This document shows positions 61,481-64,000 of a stretch of 64,000 nucleotides of DNA, piece after piece. The position numbers were made by a program, and so were the translations under genes. Numbering within the stretch: the stretch's first letter is position 1; each line of letters begins with the position of its first letter. Where the stretch lies: NCBI GenBank assembly GCA_044892525.1, contig CM097888.1:58714001-58778000 (forward strand), read 5' to 3'. The stretch comes from Schmidtea polychroa. Lineage: Eukaryota. Under the pieces are notes generated by a model. The model saw only the letters and a list, made by a program, of their open reading frames with translations. It was not told the origin of the DNA and did no database searches.

Positions 61481-63396
61481 AAGTTTTTTTACCAACCTAA
61501 TGGCAATTCCTTAATCATTTAAACTACTTAATATATTTTATTAATATCGTAACTAAACATATATTTTAACAGAAAGTGTATAAATTATATAAAAAAATAT
61601 TAAATAAAATTTGTTCAATCAATAATAGAAGAAATATAATTAGTTCTCGTTAAATTCTTTTTATAATTCATTAATTAATAAATAATTAAACTGTAATTAA
61701 GATCACATTTTCATTTTTTTCAGATTATTTCCAGCTGAAATTGTTTTTCTTCTGGAAAACACAATCTTTACAAAACAGCTCTTGGACAGTATGTTATAAG
61801 GGTATCCAAAATATGCCACAGGTGGACCTTTTTCAAATTAATTGAAACTAATTAAATGCCAATAATATAATTCTGGTAGAATTATTAATAATATAAAAAC
61901 AATCAGGGGAAAACATCATTTTATCAAAGCTTTTGAAAAAGTTGGAATTGAATTATTTTTTCCTTAGATATATTTTATTTTTAAATTACATATTTTCAAT
62001 AATATTTTTTTTCTATTTCAACAATTTATAATAATAATAATAATTATTATAATAATAATAATAATAATAATTATTATTATTATTATTATTATTTTGATAT
62101 TACAATTAAAGTTGATTGGCCTAGAATAAAAATTCCTAAAAAATAACAGTAAAAGAACAAGCTGAAATATTGAAACAGAACGTGACATAGAAATAAGAAA
62201 TAAATGTCAGGAGAACTGAGCCATCAAGCCAACAAGACCACCGAAAGAAATGTCATCATTGAAACCTATATGTGATGAGTTTGCGATTAAATAAGTAACG
62301 TATGCTTCATTAATTTTTTGCGATGAATTTGAAATTCAGAAACGAAATCCCATTTCGATATCAGCCTAGGAAAAAAAGTAATTAACTAGTATAATTTCTA
62401 TCTGCGGATATAATTTTCAAATCGAGTAAAGTTGTATTCAATATCTCGGGAGATTGTCAAAGAAAATTTGTGATCCTTAGAGACATAATGTTCCATACTA
62501 TGGAAGAAAACTAGAAGTGTATGCATATTATCGTCCACTCTACAGTTTATCTCCTCATTAAATCGACCTTGTTGGAAAATAATCTGCAGAAATCTTTCTC
62601 ATTAACTTTGAATAAACTATACAATATGAATCGGGAATATTTTTAATGTATTTTTAAGCTTTGATTTTAATTAAAGAATTTGGGAATTCCAATCGGAGTT
62701 TAGCGTTTGAATGCACTGTGATGTGTGAACTCAGTGTTTTTCCTCGTTTTGTTTTCTCTGGTGTCAGTATTGAGAGGATTTATAATTTGTATTATTGTCT
62801 ATTTTGTACAAATATCGATACGCTTTTATTTTATTGAAACAATAATTATGGGAAACTTATGATTAAATGGATTTACATTCATATCCGTGACTAGCATCTA
62901 TGGTGACTGGAAATTCTTTACTAATTTCTTCGTATACCAAAGACTTTCTTTATTCATGTGAAGGTTCTTCTAAAAGATCACTAGTGTTTCCTGTGAAAAG
63001 AGTTGGAATTGTTTTATTTTATTAAAGATGAAACAATAAGTGAAATTCAGTCTTGGTTGTGATATTCTTTCCATTATATTTTGTCTGCTATAATTTACAT
63101 TCATAGTGTATATTCATCCCAACCTTTCAAGGGATAGAGGCACAAAGATTTAAGGTTTACTGAATGACAGCATAGTTCTTAGTCTTCAATGTACTTAGCA
63201 AATATAGTTATATACTTAAAAAGAAAAAGACAAGTTAATATCTTTTCGTTTATTTGATCATCAGTTAGATATATTAAGTTGATATTTCACTTTTCCGTTC
63301 GTTTTATAGGAATTTCAGATAATAAATTATCAAATTATGAGCAAAAATAAATAAATTCACTGTTAAACAATTAAAGGATAATATAAGCCTTTTGCT

Positions 63397-63798
63397 GTGG
63401 TGGATGGTGGCGCATCGCCGTTCTTGGTGGAGCGATTCATCTGGTTAATTCCGTTAACGAACGAGACTCTAACCTGCTAAATTGTACATTTGTGTTCTAA
63501 CGCAAATGTTGATTTCTTAGAGGAATAAATAGCTTTTACCTTAATGAAATTTAGCAATAACAAGTCTGTGATCCCCTTATATGACCGGAACTGCAAGTGC
63601 GCTACAGTGCGCTACAACAGCGATTTTAATTCCTTGCTAGAAATGGCTGGGTAACCTGGTAAATCACTGTCGTATCAGAAATAGTGGATTGAAATTGTTC
63701 CACTTGGACGAGGAATTCATAGTAAGCACAAGTCACTAGCTTGCGTTGATTACGTCCCTGTCCTTTGTACACATTGTCCATTGCTACTACCGATTGAA
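63397..63798 (+). pseudogene. Decayed 18S rDNA fragment (V7-V8 / 3' region)
   Basis: ggttaattccgttaacgaacgagac, gcaataacaagtctgtgat, gaggaattc, ttgattacgtccctgtcctttgtacac. Has a 4-nt deletion in CTTAGTTGGTGGAG, a 10-nt duplication and many substitutions at invariant positions. Confidence 0.92.
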
Positions 63799-64000
63799 AA
63801 AGCTTTGTATTATCATTTAATTGTTATAAAATGTATTAATGTTGCTACCAAGAAATCATCACTTTATACTTTAAAACGGCCTTAGCCGGTCGTAAAATAG
63901 TTTGAACTTCGCTTCAAAAGACTCATATTATCATTTATTGATTAAAAAAATATTCTTGAACACTAAAATAAATAAAATAGCTTTGTGTGAAACTCCTGCC

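Noticed and set aside
62050-62092. (AAT)n(TTA)n perfect palindrome
   Set aside because: Adjacent opposite-strand microsatellites are expected in this AT-rich genome; no sign of function.
62100-62300. Possible NUMT (hydrophobic frame open if TGA=Trp)
   Set aside because: No recognisable COX, CYTB, ND or ATP6 motif.

Overview
Very AT-rich animal genomic scaffold with spliceosomal GT-AG introns and one 151-N gap. A free-living flatworm is a guess, not established. Three host genes are supported: the 3' exons of a classical dynamin (four exons missed by the ORF track, spliced in frame across TE-filled introns), an intronless type II membrane non-catalytic cholinesterase-like protein (neurotactin-like), and SF1/branchpoint-binding protein. 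The rest is transposon material: many hAT elements with readable TIRs and 8-bp TSDs (including an apparently intact Buster element nested in an Ac-like element), plus mariner, piggyBac, Chapaev-like, Gypsy, RTE and Penelope relics, MITEs/foldbacks, and a decayed 18S rDNA fragment. The most interesting signal is at two loci about 35 kb apart (24.0-24.8 kb and 59.4-60.1 kb, both minus strand). In each, the same structured LTR-retroelement-like 5' leader is followed directly by intronless host-gene fragments: RNF115/126-like E3 in one, Y-box cold-shock domain fused to actin in the other. This suggests a Gypsy-like family that repeatedly captures and recombines host mRNAs. All homology calls are by-eye motif recognition; no searches were run.
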